A stretch of 64,000 nucleotides of DNA from the NCBI GenBank assembly GCA_001778235.1, contig MFGJ01000007.1:77085-141084 (forward strand), written 5' to 3'. The notes under the pieces are model-generated. The model did not search any database. It was given only the letters and a program-made list of their open reading frames with translations, and was not told the origin of the DNA. The position numbers and the translations under genes are program-made. Positions 28,153 to 38,011 of this stretch are shown here, in pieces; position 1 is the stretch's first letter, and each line of letters begins with the position of its first letter. This stretch comes from Candidatus Falkowbacteria bacterium RIFOXYC2_FULL_36_12. Its GTDB lineage: Bacteria > Patescibacteriota > Patescibacteriia > UBA11705.

Positions 28153-29940
28153 TTAATCTCTTCTTTTAAACAGTTTTTCTAATTCCTCATACTTATACTC
28201 AAGAACGCAAGGACGGCCATGGACGCAAGTGTATTGACTAGGGTTTGATTCAAGTGAGTCAATCAGAGCATACATTTCATCAATAGTAAGTTCATCGCCA
28301 AATTTAACTGCACTCCGGCAACTCATCATATTCAAAACTCGATTGGTTGCATCAGAAATTTTTATTCCATCTACCATACCTGAAAGATTGTTTTCATCCA
28401 AATCATTAATAATTTCTTTTAGAGATGATTTATAATCAACTTTGTAGACGGCCAGTGGAACAGAGTTTATTACAAAGCTATTATTACTAAATTCGTCTAA
28501 CTCAAAACCAAGTCGGTTAAAAAACTCCAGGTTATTTTTTACCAAGTTTGCCTCACTCGGAGATAATTCCAAACTGTCAGGGATCAATAGTGTTTGTTTG
28601 GCAACTGAACGAGAAAGCCAGTCTCGAGAAATTTTTTCATACTGTACCCTCTCGGAAGATGCATGCTGATCATAAATTTTTATTCCTTGAGAGGTCTCAA
28701 CAATAATATATGATTTTTGAATCTGTCCAATAATTTTATATTCACGGTCAGTTTTATTTTCAACAAAAACCATTGGGTCAGTCGATAAGTTTGAGATTAA
28801 TGGCTCGGAAATATCTGAACGATGATTAAAAGAATTTGAAGGTTCAAATTTAGTCTGGTTGAAATTTTCGAATTTGAAATTACTTTTATTTTTGAGTGCA
28901 TGGCTGATGGGTGAAAAATTTCGGTCAACTTTTATCTGTTTGGTTAATTCACTTTGATCTAAAACTTCCGCCACAACTCGGTAAGCCATTTTGTAAATCA
29001 TCTGCGGTTCTGCAAAACGAACTTCCATTTTTCGAGGGTGCACATTTACATCAACTGACTTTGGGTCAATTTGGATAAACAAAATAAAGACAGGGAAAAG
29101 ATTATGGGCGATAATGGTCGAATAGGCTTCTTTCACTTGTTTGGCAATAACATACTCATTGACAGGTCGACCATTAACAAATAAATATTGAAGTTTATGA
29201 TTGTTACGAGCTATCTGCGGTTTGCCGATAAAACCTGATAAATGGAATTCTATACCATTGTAATCCACTTTCAACAAATTATCAGCGATTTCACCACCTA
29301 AAACTTCATAGATTCGGTTTCTCAAATCATTGGTGGCTGGATACTGGTAAACTGTTTTGCCATTATGGATAAACCTCCAGGTAACTTTGTTGTAGGCTAA
29401 GGCATAATTTATAAATAAATCAACAATGTGGTTGAATTCGGTGACAGCGGTTTTCAAATATTTCTGACGAGCCGGCACATTATGAAATAATTTATTGACA
29501 GTAATAGTGGTACCGTCTGAAGCCCCAATTTCCTGACTGGAACTTTGATTGTTTTCAACTTTTACTTCAATTGCGCTCAAATCATTTTTTTGTTTTGTGA
29601 TTAATGAGAAATGACTAACTGAAGAAATACTGGCCAGAGCCTCACCACGGAAACCCATTGTATTAATATTAAAAAGATCATCAAGATTAGCAATCTTGGA
29701 AGTTGCATGTTGCTTGACGGCAAGAATTGCGTCTTCTTTTGACATGCCCTTGCCATTATCTTTGATTTTTATTGAATTCACTCCCCCATTTTCGATCTCA
29801 ACTTCAATCATATCAGCACCGGCATCGAGGCTGTTTTCAACTAATTCTTTTACAACTGAAGCTGGTCTCTCGACAACTTCACCGGCAGCAATTTGATTGA
29901 TTAATTCTTGAGGTAAGATTTTGATTGTATTTTCACTCAT
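28153..29940 (-). CDS. mutL: DNA mismatch repair protein MutL
   Basis: N-terminal GHKL ATPase motifs (IAAGEVVERPASVVKELVENSLDAG). C-terminal dimerisation domain. Confidence 0.9.
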   Translation of the reverse strand: MSENTIKILPQELINQIAAGEVVERPASVVKELVENSLDAGADMIEVEIENGGVNSIKIKDNGKGMSKEDAILAVKQHATSKIANLDDLFNINTMGFRGEALASISSVSHFSLITKQKNDLSAIEVKVENNQSSSQEIGASDGTTITVNKLFHNVPARQKYLKTAVTEFNHIVDLFINYALAYNKVTWRFIHNGKTVYQYPATNDLRNRIYEVLGGEIADNLLKVDYNGIEFHLSGFIGKPQIARNNHKLQYLFVNGRPVNEYVIAKQVKEAYSTIIAHNLFPVFILFIQIDPKSVDVNVHPRKMEVRFAEPQMIYKMAYRVVAEVLDQSELTKQIKVDRNFSPISHALKNKSNFKFENFNQTKFEPSNSFNHRSDISEPLISNLSTDPMVFVENKTDREYKIIGQIQKSYIIVETSQGIKIYDQHASSERVQYEKISRDWLSRSVAKQTLLIPDSLELSPSEANLVKNNLEFFNRLGFELDEFSNNSFVINSVPLAVYKVDYKSSLKEIINDLDENNLSGMVDGIKISDATNRVLNMMSCRSAVKFGDELTIDEMYALIDSLESNPSQYTCVHGRPCVLEYKYEELEKLFKRRD

Positions 29941-30066
29941 ATAGCAATACTTTATCAATTTTTATAGCAGAAAGCAAAAAATCCTTATCTATATTTAGAT
30001 TTAGTTTTTGGAAAATTTATGCTCTAACAAAAAAGAGTGCAAAATTACACTCTATGATAATACAGT

Positions 30067-30528
30067 TTAGTAAGCTTTGAGATTGATCTTTTTGCCACAG
30101 GAAATAAACTCTGTTAGAAACTTTCCAAGTTTGTCTGTGTCCAACTTCTCGGCACAGGCTGTGACAACGGTCAGGTCACCACCAAACTTGTATCTGGCGT
30201 TCAGATATTGATAAATTGCCACCAGCGATTCAGCATCTCGGAGTTGTAATTTATAAGCAATTTCATAAGCATCAAGATACTGCTTTAACGGCAAATCACT
30301 CGGAGGAAGATAATATTTGCTGGCCAATCTATTATAATCAAATCTATTATGGGCAGAATTGTGAGCATCAGTGCTACCGGCGACTTCACAAGCAAAAAAA
30401 ATTAGCTCGCTTTCAACCATAAATCTTCTGTATTCGCGGAACAACCTTCTTTTATAAGCCAAGAATAACAGAGCACAGACAATAATCAATGTACACAAAA
30501 TAATTACAATGTACCACGAATTTTCCAT
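30067..30528 (-). CDS. Hypothetical membrane protein
   Basis: 153 aa with an N-terminal TM helix. The start is abutted by a G9 tract. Confidence 0.5.
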   Translation of the reverse strand: MENSWYIVIILCTLIIVCALLFLAYKRRLFREYRRFMVESELIFFACEVAGSTDAHNSAHNRFDYNRLASKYYLPPSDLPLKQYLDAYEIAYKLQLRDAESLVAIYQYLNARYKFGGDLTVVTACAEKLDTDKLGKFLTEFISCGKKINLKAY

Positions 30529-30529
30529 T

Positions 30530-30538
30530 CCCCCCCCC
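30530..30538. repeat. Homopolymeric C9/G9 tract at -2 of start codon
   Basis: Directly visible. This is the longest G/C homopolymer in an AT-rich window. Confidence 0.9.
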
Positions 30539-30605
30539 GCCGGTTGGTGGTGGCAAGACAGAGTTTATTTAGGGTGAAATGAATTGACAGTAATGGTTGA
30601 AAAAG

Positions 30606-30785
30606 TTATTTTTTTCCCATAAACCTAGCTCTGATAGCCATAAACCCACCAAAAGTGGCTGACACTACCAACAAACCAACATAAACCAGGCGAAGAGTAC
30701 TATCGGGTGTATTGGGCAAATAAACAAGAAAATACAACAACCACAAACCCACAACGGTTAAAAGAACAATGGGAATTTGAAGCAT
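30606..30785 (-). CDS. 59-aa hydrophobic peptide
   Basis: Hand-translated MLQIPIVLLTVVGLWLLYFLVYLPNTPDSTLRLVYVGLLVVSATFGGFMAIRARFMGKK. GGAGGTGG SD. Confidence 0.4.
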   Translation of the reverse strand: MLQIPIVLLTVVGLWLLYFLVYLPNTPDSTLRLVYVGLLVVSATFGGFMAIRARFMGKK

Positions 30786-30869
30786 GCCACCTCCTGCCCT
30801 TTGCTGGAATAAATAATTTTAACAACTTTTATGAATTTGTCAATAAAAAAACAGTATAAATTTATACTG

Positions 30870-31244
30870 TTATGAAGGTAAATTGGCTAGTGTTAAGACA
30901 TAGAAGGCTACATTGAGACCAAAAGAAAGGAAACCTGCGACAACAATCATTGGTGGTGATGAAAAGGTACTAATAGCTAATAAAACCTGAAGGAACAAGG
31001 CAATACAACCAATGAATGTGACCACAAACTGACCAAGACTAACAGCAAAGAGGAAGAACATCAAAAGCAAAGCTGCAGTAAAAAACCATGAAATAATTAC
31101 AAAAACACTAAATCCGGCACTATAGTCCCTAGTCAAAGTAACACTGATTATCATGATTAAACAGAACAATGAACAAGCAATCATAACACCACCTAGAGTT
31201 GCCATACCTGCTACCATGTCTGCCTCCTCGGGGTAAAAGGACAA
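30870..31244 (-). CDS. Hypothetical polytopic membrane protein
   Basis: 124 aa with 4 TM helices. Confidence 0.5.
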   Translation of the reverse strand: MSFYPEEADMVAGMATLGGVMIACSLFCLIMIISVTLTRDYSAGFSVFVIISWFFTAALLLMFFLFAVSLGQFVVTFIGCIALFLQVLLAISTFSSPPMIVVAGFLSFGLNVAFYVLTLANLPS

Positions 31245-31265
31245 TACTAAAAAGTATCTAAATTT

Positions 31266-33836
31266 TTAATTTTTGTCAATATTTTTCTTCAGCTGTTCAA
31301 TTTTTTGCAAAGCTTCAATCGGAGTAATAGCATTCGGATCAATTTTCATTAATTCCTTGGCTAGCCTCTCTTCTCGCGGAGAAAATTCCAAAGATTTCTG
31401 AACTGGTTTAGTTATTGTCAGATTTGACTTTGCTTCTAGTTCGCGAAGTACTTCTTCAGCTCGGTCAATTATTTTATCTGGTAAACCAGCTAATTTGGCA
31501 ACTTCAATGCCATAACTGTCACTGGTTGCGCCTCGGATAATCTTATGAAGAAAAACAACTTTTCCCTGATTTTCTGACACAGCCACACAATAATTTTCAG
31601 CTCGGGGTAATTTCGCAACTATATCAACTAATTCATGATAATGAGTGGCGAACAAAGTTTTTGCTCTGATTTGGTTATGAATGTATTCTACAATAGACCA
31701 AGCAATACTAACACCATCAAAGGTTGAAGTCCCACGACCAATTTCATCAAGCACAATCAAAGATCTTTCAGTGGCATTATTAATAATATTGGCAGCTTCC
31801 TGCATCTCATTCATAAAGGTTGAAACACCCTGACTCAAATTGTCACTGGCTCCAACACGAGTAAATATCCGATCAACAAGACCAATCTCGGCTGACCTAG
31901 CAGGGACAAAACTTCCAGTCTGTGCTAGCAATGTGATCAAGGCAACCTGACGCAAATAACTGGACTTGCCCGACATGTTCGGACCGGTAAGTAAAATCAT
32001 TTCATTTTTTTCATGATCAAATTCTGTATCATTCGAAACATAGCGATCAGCTAATCGTTCAATGACAGGGTGACGGCCATCTTTTATGATTATCCGACCA
32101 TTAGCATTGACAACAGGCTTGCAGTAATCATTGGCGCGGGCCAGAATGAAAAAACCTAAAACCAAATCAAGTTCAGCGATTTGCCTGGCAGAATTTTGGA
32201 TTTCAGCAAAATATTTTACTACTTTTTCTCTTAGTTCCTGAAAAATCTGGTATTCAATATGGGAAATTTTGTCTTCAGCACCAAGAACTTTTTCTTCATA
32301 CTCTTTTAATTCTGGCGTAATAAATCTCTCCGCATTGACCAAAGTCTGCTTCCTAATATAATTTTCTGGGACAGCATTTAATTTTGTATTACTTATCTCA
32401 ATATAATAACCAAATACTTTGTTATATTTAACTTTCAGCGATGAAATCCCAGTATTTTTTATTTCCTGTGCCTGCATTTCCAAAATCCAGTCTTTGCCAC
32501 CACGAGAAATTTGCCGGAGCTGATCAAGTTCAGCATTATAACCATCTTTTATCATCTGACCTTGATTCAAAGTAATTGGCGGTTCATCAACCAAGGTCTC
32601 TTCGATTAATTTTATTACTGATTCATGCGAGACTAAATTGGAATTTATATCTGTGAATTTCTGCTGTTGCAATTCGACCAGTAATAATTTCAGAGGATTG
32701 ATTAATTTCAGACTATGTTTCAAAGCTACAAGATCCCGAGCATTGGCACGACCACAACCGATCTTGCCAACTAGGCGTTCAAAATCAGACATTTGCTTTA
32801 ATGACTCAATAATTTTTATGGCAATAGGTACTGTATTAACTAATTCTTCAACCGCATTAAGTCTATCAGTAATTTGATTAAGATTTATAAAAGGCAAAAG
32901 TAAACTACGGCGCAGAGCCCGACCCCCCATAGCTGTAATGGTCTGGTCCACTACCTGAAGCAAACTGCCATCAGTAGAAAATGTCCAATTATTTTGCAAT
33001 AACTCTAGATTTCTAATAGTAGCCTGATCTAAAGTCATAAAATTTTCTATAGCATAACGCTTCATGGTAAGAATATGATCCAAGGCGGTTTTCTGGGTTT
33101 CTTTCAAGTATCCCAGTAAATTCCCCGCACTTTCAATTGCCACGGGTAGTTCATTTAGACCAAAACTGGAAAGATTCTTTACCTTGAATTGCTCAACTAA
33201 ACTACGATCAGCTTTTTCAAAAGCTGGCAATTTGTAAACATTAAGATTTTTTAACCCAGCAATAAATTCAGTTAAACGGCTATCATTTATCAATTCTGGA
33301 GTAACAATTATTTCACTTGGCTTTAATCTGGCTAATTCATTTTTCACAACTTCTAAATTGAGAATTTCAGTTGCTTGGAAATCTCCAATCGTCAAATCGC
33401 AAACTGCAAAGCCCCAAGTATTTTTCTGCAAACTCAAACTGACAAGATAATTGTTCTGCCTGTTGTCTAAGACTGAATCATTCATGGTTGTACCTGGGGT
33501 AACCACACGCACAACTTCGCGCTTCACAATCCCAGGCAACGATGGATCACTAATCTGCTCACAGATAGCAACTCGTTTGCCAACTTTTGTTAATTTGGCA
33601 ATGTAATTTTCAGCTGCGTGATAAGGGATTCCGCACATTGGTGTTTCATTTTCAGTGCCTTTGGCTCTCTTGGTTAAAGTAATATTTAGTATTCCAGAAG
33701 CTTCCCTAGCATCCTCACCAAACATTTCATAAAAATCACCCATGCGAAAAAACAAGATATCTTTGGGATATTTTTGTTTTATCTCATAATATTGTTGGAA
33801 CATTGGAGTTGGCATAACTAAATTATACTTTAACAA
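31266..33836 (-). CDS. mutS: DNA mismatch repair protein MutS
   Basis: Mismatch-binding N-terminus (FFRMGDFYEMFGEDA) and a C-terminal Walker A ABC ATPase (GPNMSGKSS). The start may be the internal MPTPMFQQY. Confidence 0.95.
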   Translation of the reverse strand: MLKYNLVMPTPMFQQYYEIKQKYPKDILFFRMGDFYEMFGEDAREASGILNITLTKRAKGTENETPMCGIPYHAAENYIAKLTKVGKRVAICEQISDPSLPGIVKREVVRVVTPGTTMNDSVLDNRQNNYLVSLSLQKNTWGFAVCDLTIGDFQATEILNLEVVKNELARLKPSEIIVTPELINDSRLTEFIAGLKNLNVYKLPAFEKADRSLVEQFKVKNLSSFGLNELPVAIESAGNLLGYLKETQKTALDHILTMKRYAIENFMTLDQATIRNLELLQNNWTFSTDGSLLQVVDQTITAMGGRALRRSLLLPFINLNQITDRLNAVEELVNTVPIAIKIIESLKQMSDFERLVGKIGCGRANARDLVALKHSLKLINPLKLLLVELQQQKFTDINSNLVSHESVIKLIEETLVDEPPITLNQGQMIKDGYNAELDQLRQISRGGKDWILEMQAQEIKNTGISSLKVKYNKVFGYYIEISNTKLNAVPENYIRKQTLVNAERFITPELKEYEEKVLGAEDKISHIEYQIFQELREKVVKYFAEIQNSARQIAELDLVLGFFILARANDYCKPVVNANGRIIIKDGRHPVIERLADRYVSNDTEFDHEKNEMILLTGPNMSGKSSYLRQVALITLLAQTGSFVPARSAEIGLVDRIFTRVGASDNLSQGVSTFMNEMQEAANIINNATERSLIVLDEIGRGTSTFDGVSIAWSIVEYIHNQIRAKTLFATHYHELVDIVAKLPRAENYCVAVSENQGKVVFLHKIIRGATSDSYGIEVAKLAGLPDKIIDRAEEVLRELEAKSNLTITKPVQKSLEFSPREERLAKELMKIDPNAITPIEALQKIEQLKKNIDKN

Positions 33837-33856
33837 AAATATACTTTTTTTTCACC

Positions 33857-33884
33857 TTGACAATTAAGCTGGAAATGCTATATT
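33857..33884 (+). promoter_or_regulatory. Sigma70-type promoter (TTGACA-N16-TATATT)
   Basis: Directly visible. It is divergent from the mutS start. Confidence 0.5.
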
Positions 33885-33919
33885 ATCAACATCCTCGAGA
33901 AACAACAAGGGGAAAAAGA

Positions 33920-34120
33920 ATGAAAACCACAAGAGAGTATTATTCTTCTGTATATTTCCAGTTGAAATTTGGGACAAATTGTCATCATCCTGCTTGTTGT
34001 CGTCAGCGAGCTGAATATCGGAAAATTCGTCAATTCCCAGACTGCAGTAAGGATTGCAAGAAAGGTCTAAGTGAGCTAACTCCAGAGTGTCGGGAAAAGC
34101 CATTTCTAGTTAAAAATTAA
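33920..34120 (+). CDS. Small Cys-rich protein (66 aa)
   Basis: AAGGGGAAAAAG SD then ATG. Downstream of the consensus promoter and followed by a hairpin/T-tract. Six Cys residues. Confidence 0.4.
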   Translation: MKTTREYYSSVYFQLKFGTNCHHPACCRQRAEYRKIRQFPDCSKDCKKGLSELTPECREKPFLVKN

Positions 34121-34123
34121 ACA

Positions 34124-34160
34124 AAAACCCAGTCTTTAGTAAAGTCTGGATTTTTATTTG
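34124..34160. terminator. Bidirectional terminator
   Basis: A5-CCAGTCTTT-agt-AAAGTCTGG-ATTTTTATTT. Confidence 0.5.
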
Positions 34161-34167
34161 GTAAAAA

Positions 34168-34485
34168 TTATACTTGTGGTTTGTTTTCATCATTCATTTC
34201 ATTTTTTGGTTCTTCAACCGGCAATTCTACTGTGGGTGAATTTTGTTCAGTAGAAGTACTGATTGAGTCTTTTTTTTCTTCTTCTGTATCTGGCATTAAA
34301 TTTACTTCTGGCGTCTGATCAACCATTGGCGCAGGGACTTCATTTTCTTCTGCTTGGACAGGTTCAGCATCACATTTATTACAGATATTTGGATTTTTTT
34401 CTGATCGTTTTACACCCAAAATTTTGGAAAAACCTGAAAGGAATCCTCCAATTGGCGCCCCGCACTTTTCGCATTTTTTTTCCAT
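34168..34485 (-). CDS. Zinc-ribbon protein with acidic tail
   Basis: CEKCGAP…CNKCD four-Cys ribbon, followed by a Glu/Pro-rich low-complexity tail. Confidence 0.5.
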   Translation of the reverse strand: MEKKCEKCGAPIGGFLSGFSKILGVKRSEKNPNICNKCDAEPVQAEENEVPAPMVDQTPEVNLMPDTEEEKKDSISTSTEQNSPTVELPVEEPKNEMNDENKPQV

Positions 34486-34526
34486 AGGTTTGCAGTTAAT
34501 AATAGTTATTTAAAATTATTGTTTAA

Positions 34527-34829
34527 TTAATCTAGGTTGAATCTATTTCGAATTTTTTTAATTCTATCTTTTTCAGCAAAATCAGGCTCTGGTTCAATTC
34601 CGCCCCCTGGCATTGAAACCAACTGTGCTGAAATTACCTGTTTTAAGAATTCAATATCTTTTGGAGTTATCTTCCCAGTATGTAATTTTTTTTCAATTTT
34701 TTTTAATTGCGCCATTGTCTCATGAGGAACCAAAGGTGGACCTGAACGCTCTTTTTGCTGGAGCTTGTATTCTCTAACTCCATTTTCATCAAAACCCTGA
34801 TTGAATTCTTGTGGTCGTGGTAAAGCCAT
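34527..34829 (-). CDS. Hypothetical protein
   Basis: 100-aa ORF. Its start lies immediately after 69-bp repeat copy 1. Confidence 0.5.
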   Translation of the reverse strand: MALPRPQEFNQGFDENGVREYKLQQKERSGPPLVPHETMAQLKKIEKKLHTGKITPKDIEFLKQVISAQLVSMPGGGIEPEPDFAEKDRIKKIRNRFNLD

Positions 34830-34833
34830 ATTC

Positions 34834-34902
34834 TTTATATTAATTTAATACTGCTTTTATTCTACGAATTCCAGCTGAACTGGATTCTTCTTTTTTTATT
34901 TG
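34834..34902. repeat. 69-bp perfect direct repeat, copy 1
   Basis: Identical to 35605-35673. Contains the GAATTCCAGCTGAACTGGATTC hairpin. Confidence 0.95.
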
Positions 34903-35594
34903 TCTTTACCTTTATTCCAAGCTGTTTCAGCCTGCCAACCAACCAAAATTCTTGTTGGGACATCTACCCGGATCAGCTTTTCAGTGGCTTTTTCCGAAAA
35001 ACCCTCTTTCACCACATAACTCATCTCAACCAATGATTTGTCAACTGAAAATTTACCTACCTGCGCCCTACGCCAGGCTCCATTTGCATCGCGAATCATA
35101 AGCTCCGTTGCTTCTTTGTCCCATTTATTAAATAAATCATTGCCGTATTTGGCTACAACATCAGCTTCTTTGTTTACATAGTCGCGATCCACCCCTAAAT
35201 TTTGCATAATTTCCCGCTGCCAATTCATAAATACTGTTTGTGGCACAGTCATCATTGATTTAATGCCGCCATCTTCAACCATTTCTACTTTCACATTCTT
35301 TTCATCTGAACCCACAATTTTTGCCTGAACCCAGCCATTATCCACTCCACCTCTAATCGCCACTGTCGCCTTGGCATCTATCAAAGAATGTAATTTACCC
35401 ATGTCACCGGTACTTATCATTAACATTCTTGAAAAATAATTTATTGCATCCTGCTCTGCCCTGTTAGCCCTTTCAGACTTTGTTAGCATGGGAGCTTTTA
35501 TACTTTCTGTTATTGGCTCTTGTTGAGACGAAACAGTTTCCTGTGTTTTTTCCTCCACACCTTTTTTCCCAAATAATTTTTCTAAAAAACCCAT
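34896..35594 (-). CDS. Hypothetical protein bracketed by 69-bp repeats
   Basis: 232-aa ORF. No motif recognised. Confidence 0.55.
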   Translation of the reverse strand: MGFLEKLFGKKGVEEKTQETVSSQQEPITESIKAPMLTKSERANRAEQDAINYFSRMLMISTGDMGKLHSLIDAKATVAIRGGVDNGWVQAKIVGSDEKNVKVEMVEDGGIKSMMTVPQTVFMNWQREIMQNLGVDRDYVNKEADVVAKYGNDLFNKWDKEATELMIRDANGAWRRAQVGKFSVDKSLVEMSYVVKEGFSEKATEKLIRVDVPTRILVGWQAETAWNKGKDK

Positions 35595-35604
35595 AGATTT
35601 GTTT

Positions 35605-35673
35605 TTTATATTAATTTAATACTGCTTTTATTCTACGAATTCCAGCTGAACTGGATTCTTCTTTTTTTATTTG
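35605..35673. repeat. 69-bp perfect direct repeat, copy 2 (encodes alaS C-terminal 20 aa + stop)
   Basis: Identical to 34834-34902. On the minus strand it translates to QIKKEESSSAGIRRIKAVLN*. Confidence 0.95.
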
Positions 35674-37461
35674 GAAATGCCCAAGTTCGCCGGTGTGTTC
35701 TACATGAGGACCGCCACACATTTCAGCTGAAACATCACCAACTGTATACACTTTTACTATATCACCATATTTATCCTCAAACAAACCTGTAACCTTTTTT
35801 TCCCGAGCTTCATCATAAGGTAATTCTTGGCAGATAACTTGGTAATCTGCTTCAATCCATTTGTTTACTAAATCTTCAACTTTTTTGATCTGCTCTGGGG
35901 TCATCTTGTCTGGATGAGTAAAATCAAATCTTAATCGTTCTTCAGTTATGTTACTGCCTTTTTGATTAACATGCTTGCCAAGAACTTGACGCAAAGCTGA
36001 ATGAAGTAGATGAGTAGCTGTGTGAAGCTTCATGGTAGCGTCAGAGTGTTCGGCGAGGCCACCCTTGAATTTCTTTTCTGATCCATGGCGGGAGAGATTT
36101 TGGTGTTTGACAAATTCTGAATTGAATTCTGCTTCATCAATATTAATCCCCTTTTCCAAAGCTAATTCTTCGGTCATCTCAAGTGGAAAACCATAGGTTG
36201 AAAATAAAATAAAGGCTTCATGACCAGAAATTTTATTGCCTCTGGACATTTTTTCAAACTCTTTCAAACCTTTTTCTAATGTCTTGGCAAATTTCTCTTC
36301 TTCACTGGTAATTTCAGCTAATATCTGGTCTTTTTTACTATCAATCTTATAAATTTCTGAATAATAATTTATGTATTCTTCGACAATTTGATTGGCAAAA
36401 GATTTTTCAATACCTAGTTGATGAGCATAACGAACTGACCGACGAATCAAGCGACGAGTAAAATATCCTTGGTCCACATTTGAAGGGTTTGCTCCATCAA
36501 AAATTAATAAAGTGGCGGCTTTCAGATGATCACAAATAATACGGAAAGCTTTGTTATCATCAGCATTTGCATCATATTTTTTACCTGAAATATCTTCCAA
36601 TTTTCTAATGGCTGTTTGGAACAAATCAATATTAAAAATATCTGGAGAATCAATGGCAGCCATAGTCATCCGTTCTAATCCGCCACCAAAATCAACATTT
36701 TGTTGAGGCAATTGTTCAAAACCAGTTTTAGTTTTTATATATTGCATGAAAACATTGTTGCCGATTTCAATAAACCGACCGCAGTCGCAATTGACATGAC
36801 ATTTTTGTTTTGAAAACTGTGAATTTTCATGAATTTGTTTATCAACGCCAAAATCCCAGAAAATTTCTGAATCTGGACCACCTGGTTCTCCGACTGGCAT
36901 GCTTGAGCTAATACCGGCACGACTCCACCAATTTTTAGTTTCATCATAGTAAAAAATCTTGCCATCTTGCATGCCATTTTCTGTGACATTTTCAACTGCT
37001 TTGGCCTCAATCCCAAGTTTTTTGAATTCTTCTTGCCACAATTGTACGGCATCATCATCTTTCGGGATGTTGATATCTAGCTTACCACCGAAAACTGTAA
37101 TGAATATTCTATTTGGGTCAAGTTTTAATTCCTTTGTAAGAAATTCAAACATCCAAGATATTTGTTCTTTCTTGAAATAGTCTCCCAAACTCCAATTACC
37201 AAGCATTTCAAAACAAGTAGTATGACGATTGTCCCCAATTTCATTAATGTCCTGTGTCCTAAAACATCTTTGGGAGTCAGCAATTCTGACACCTAAAGGA
37301 TGTTTTTCTCCAAGCAAGTATGGAATCATTGGTTGCATGCCAGCGCTAGTAAATAATGTTGTTGGATCATTTTCTGGCAAAAGTGAAGCAGAAGGAATAA
37401 TTGCATGTCCTTTGTTTTTGAAGAAATCTAAATATTTTTGTCGTAATTCATGAGTTGTCAT
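35611..37461 (-). CDS. alaS: Alanine--tRNA ligase (short form lacking C-Ala domain)
   Basis: Class II catalytic core plus editing-domain motifs (HTATHLLH…CGGPHV). 616 aa. Confidence 0.9.
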   Translation of the reverse strand: MTTHELRQKYLDFFKNKGHAIIPSASLLPENDPTTLFTSAGMQPMIPYLLGEKHPLGVRIADSQRCFRTQDINEIGDNRHTTCFEMLGNWSLGDYFKKEQISWMFEFLTKELKLDPNRIFITVFGGKLDINIPKDDDAVQLWQEEFKKLGIEAKAVENVTENGMQDGKIFYYDETKNWWSRAGISSSMPVGEPGGPDSEIFWDFGVDKQIHENSQFSKQKCHVNCDCGRFIEIGNNVFMQYIKTKTGFEQLPQQNVDFGGGLERMTMAAIDSPDIFNIDLFQTAIRKLEDISGKKYDANADDNKAFRIICDHLKAATLLIFDGANPSNVDQGYFTRRLIRRSVRYAHQLGIEKSFANQIVEEYINYYSEIYKIDSKKDQILAEITSEEEKFAKTLEKGLKEFEKMSRGNKISGHEAFILFSTYGFPLEMTEELALEKGINIDEAEFNSEFVKHQNLSRHGSEKKFKGGLAEHSDATMKLHTATHLLHSALRQVLGKHVNQKGSNITEERLRFDFTHPDKMTPEQIKKVEDLVNKWIEADYQVICQELPYDEAREKKVTGLFEDKYGDIVKVYTVGDVSAEMCGGPHVEHTGELGHFQIKKEESSSAGIRRIKAVLN

Positions 37462-37514
37462 AGTAGTTGTATATAAAGAAAACAGAAAAGCAAAAAATCA
37501 AAAAACAAATCCGA

Positions 37515-37886
37515 CTAATTGCTGAAATTTTTCAAATGATTTGAAATGTTTTCAATTTCCTTCCAAAGCATTGCTGAGATCTCCTCAGAATAACTTTTAA
37601 GTTTTTGATAATTATCTTCTAACAAATATTTTTCTTCGAATGAAAATTTTAATAAATATTTTGATTCCTGAAGTGATGCAAAAGAAATTTCTAAAAAATG
37701 TAGCCGAGATTTTAGTCTTCCCCTGGCATAACCTTCAATATAATTCAATACAACCGACAAAGATGATCTTCTAAATTGTGAAGTCACCCCAAATGTTTCT
37801 TCTTTCGGGAATATTTTTGTTACTTTATAAACCCCATGTACATAAACATCCATTTTGTCACAAAGCTTTTTTTGGTAGTCATTCAT
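37515..37886 (-). CDS. Four-helix-bundle protein (23S rRNA intervening-sequence protein family)
   Basis: Family pattern …FP.EE.FG..SQ.RRSS.SV..N..EG…K… Paralog of the gene at 63424-63795. Confidence 0.7.
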   Translation of the reverse strand: MNDYQKKLCDKMDVYVHGVYKVTKIFPKEETFGVTSQFRRSSLSVVLNYIEGYARGRLKSRLHFLEISFASLQESKYLLKFSFEEKYLLEDNYQKLKSYSEEISAMLWKEIENISNHLKNFSN

Positions 37887-38011
37887 AGTCGTGATTTCAT
37901 GATTTCTGGATTTTTTGATTTATTTTATACTTCATACATCATATTCTATCTTATTTTTGCAATTTTATCAAATTATCTTGCACTTTATTTTCCTAGATAA
38001 CAACGCCATTA

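Noticed and set aside
33864-34103. 79-aa minus-strand ORF overlapping the small Cys-rich gene
   Set aside because: It has no promoter or SD, whereas the plus-strand frame has a consensus promoter, an SD and a terminator. It remains the alternative if conservation says otherwise.
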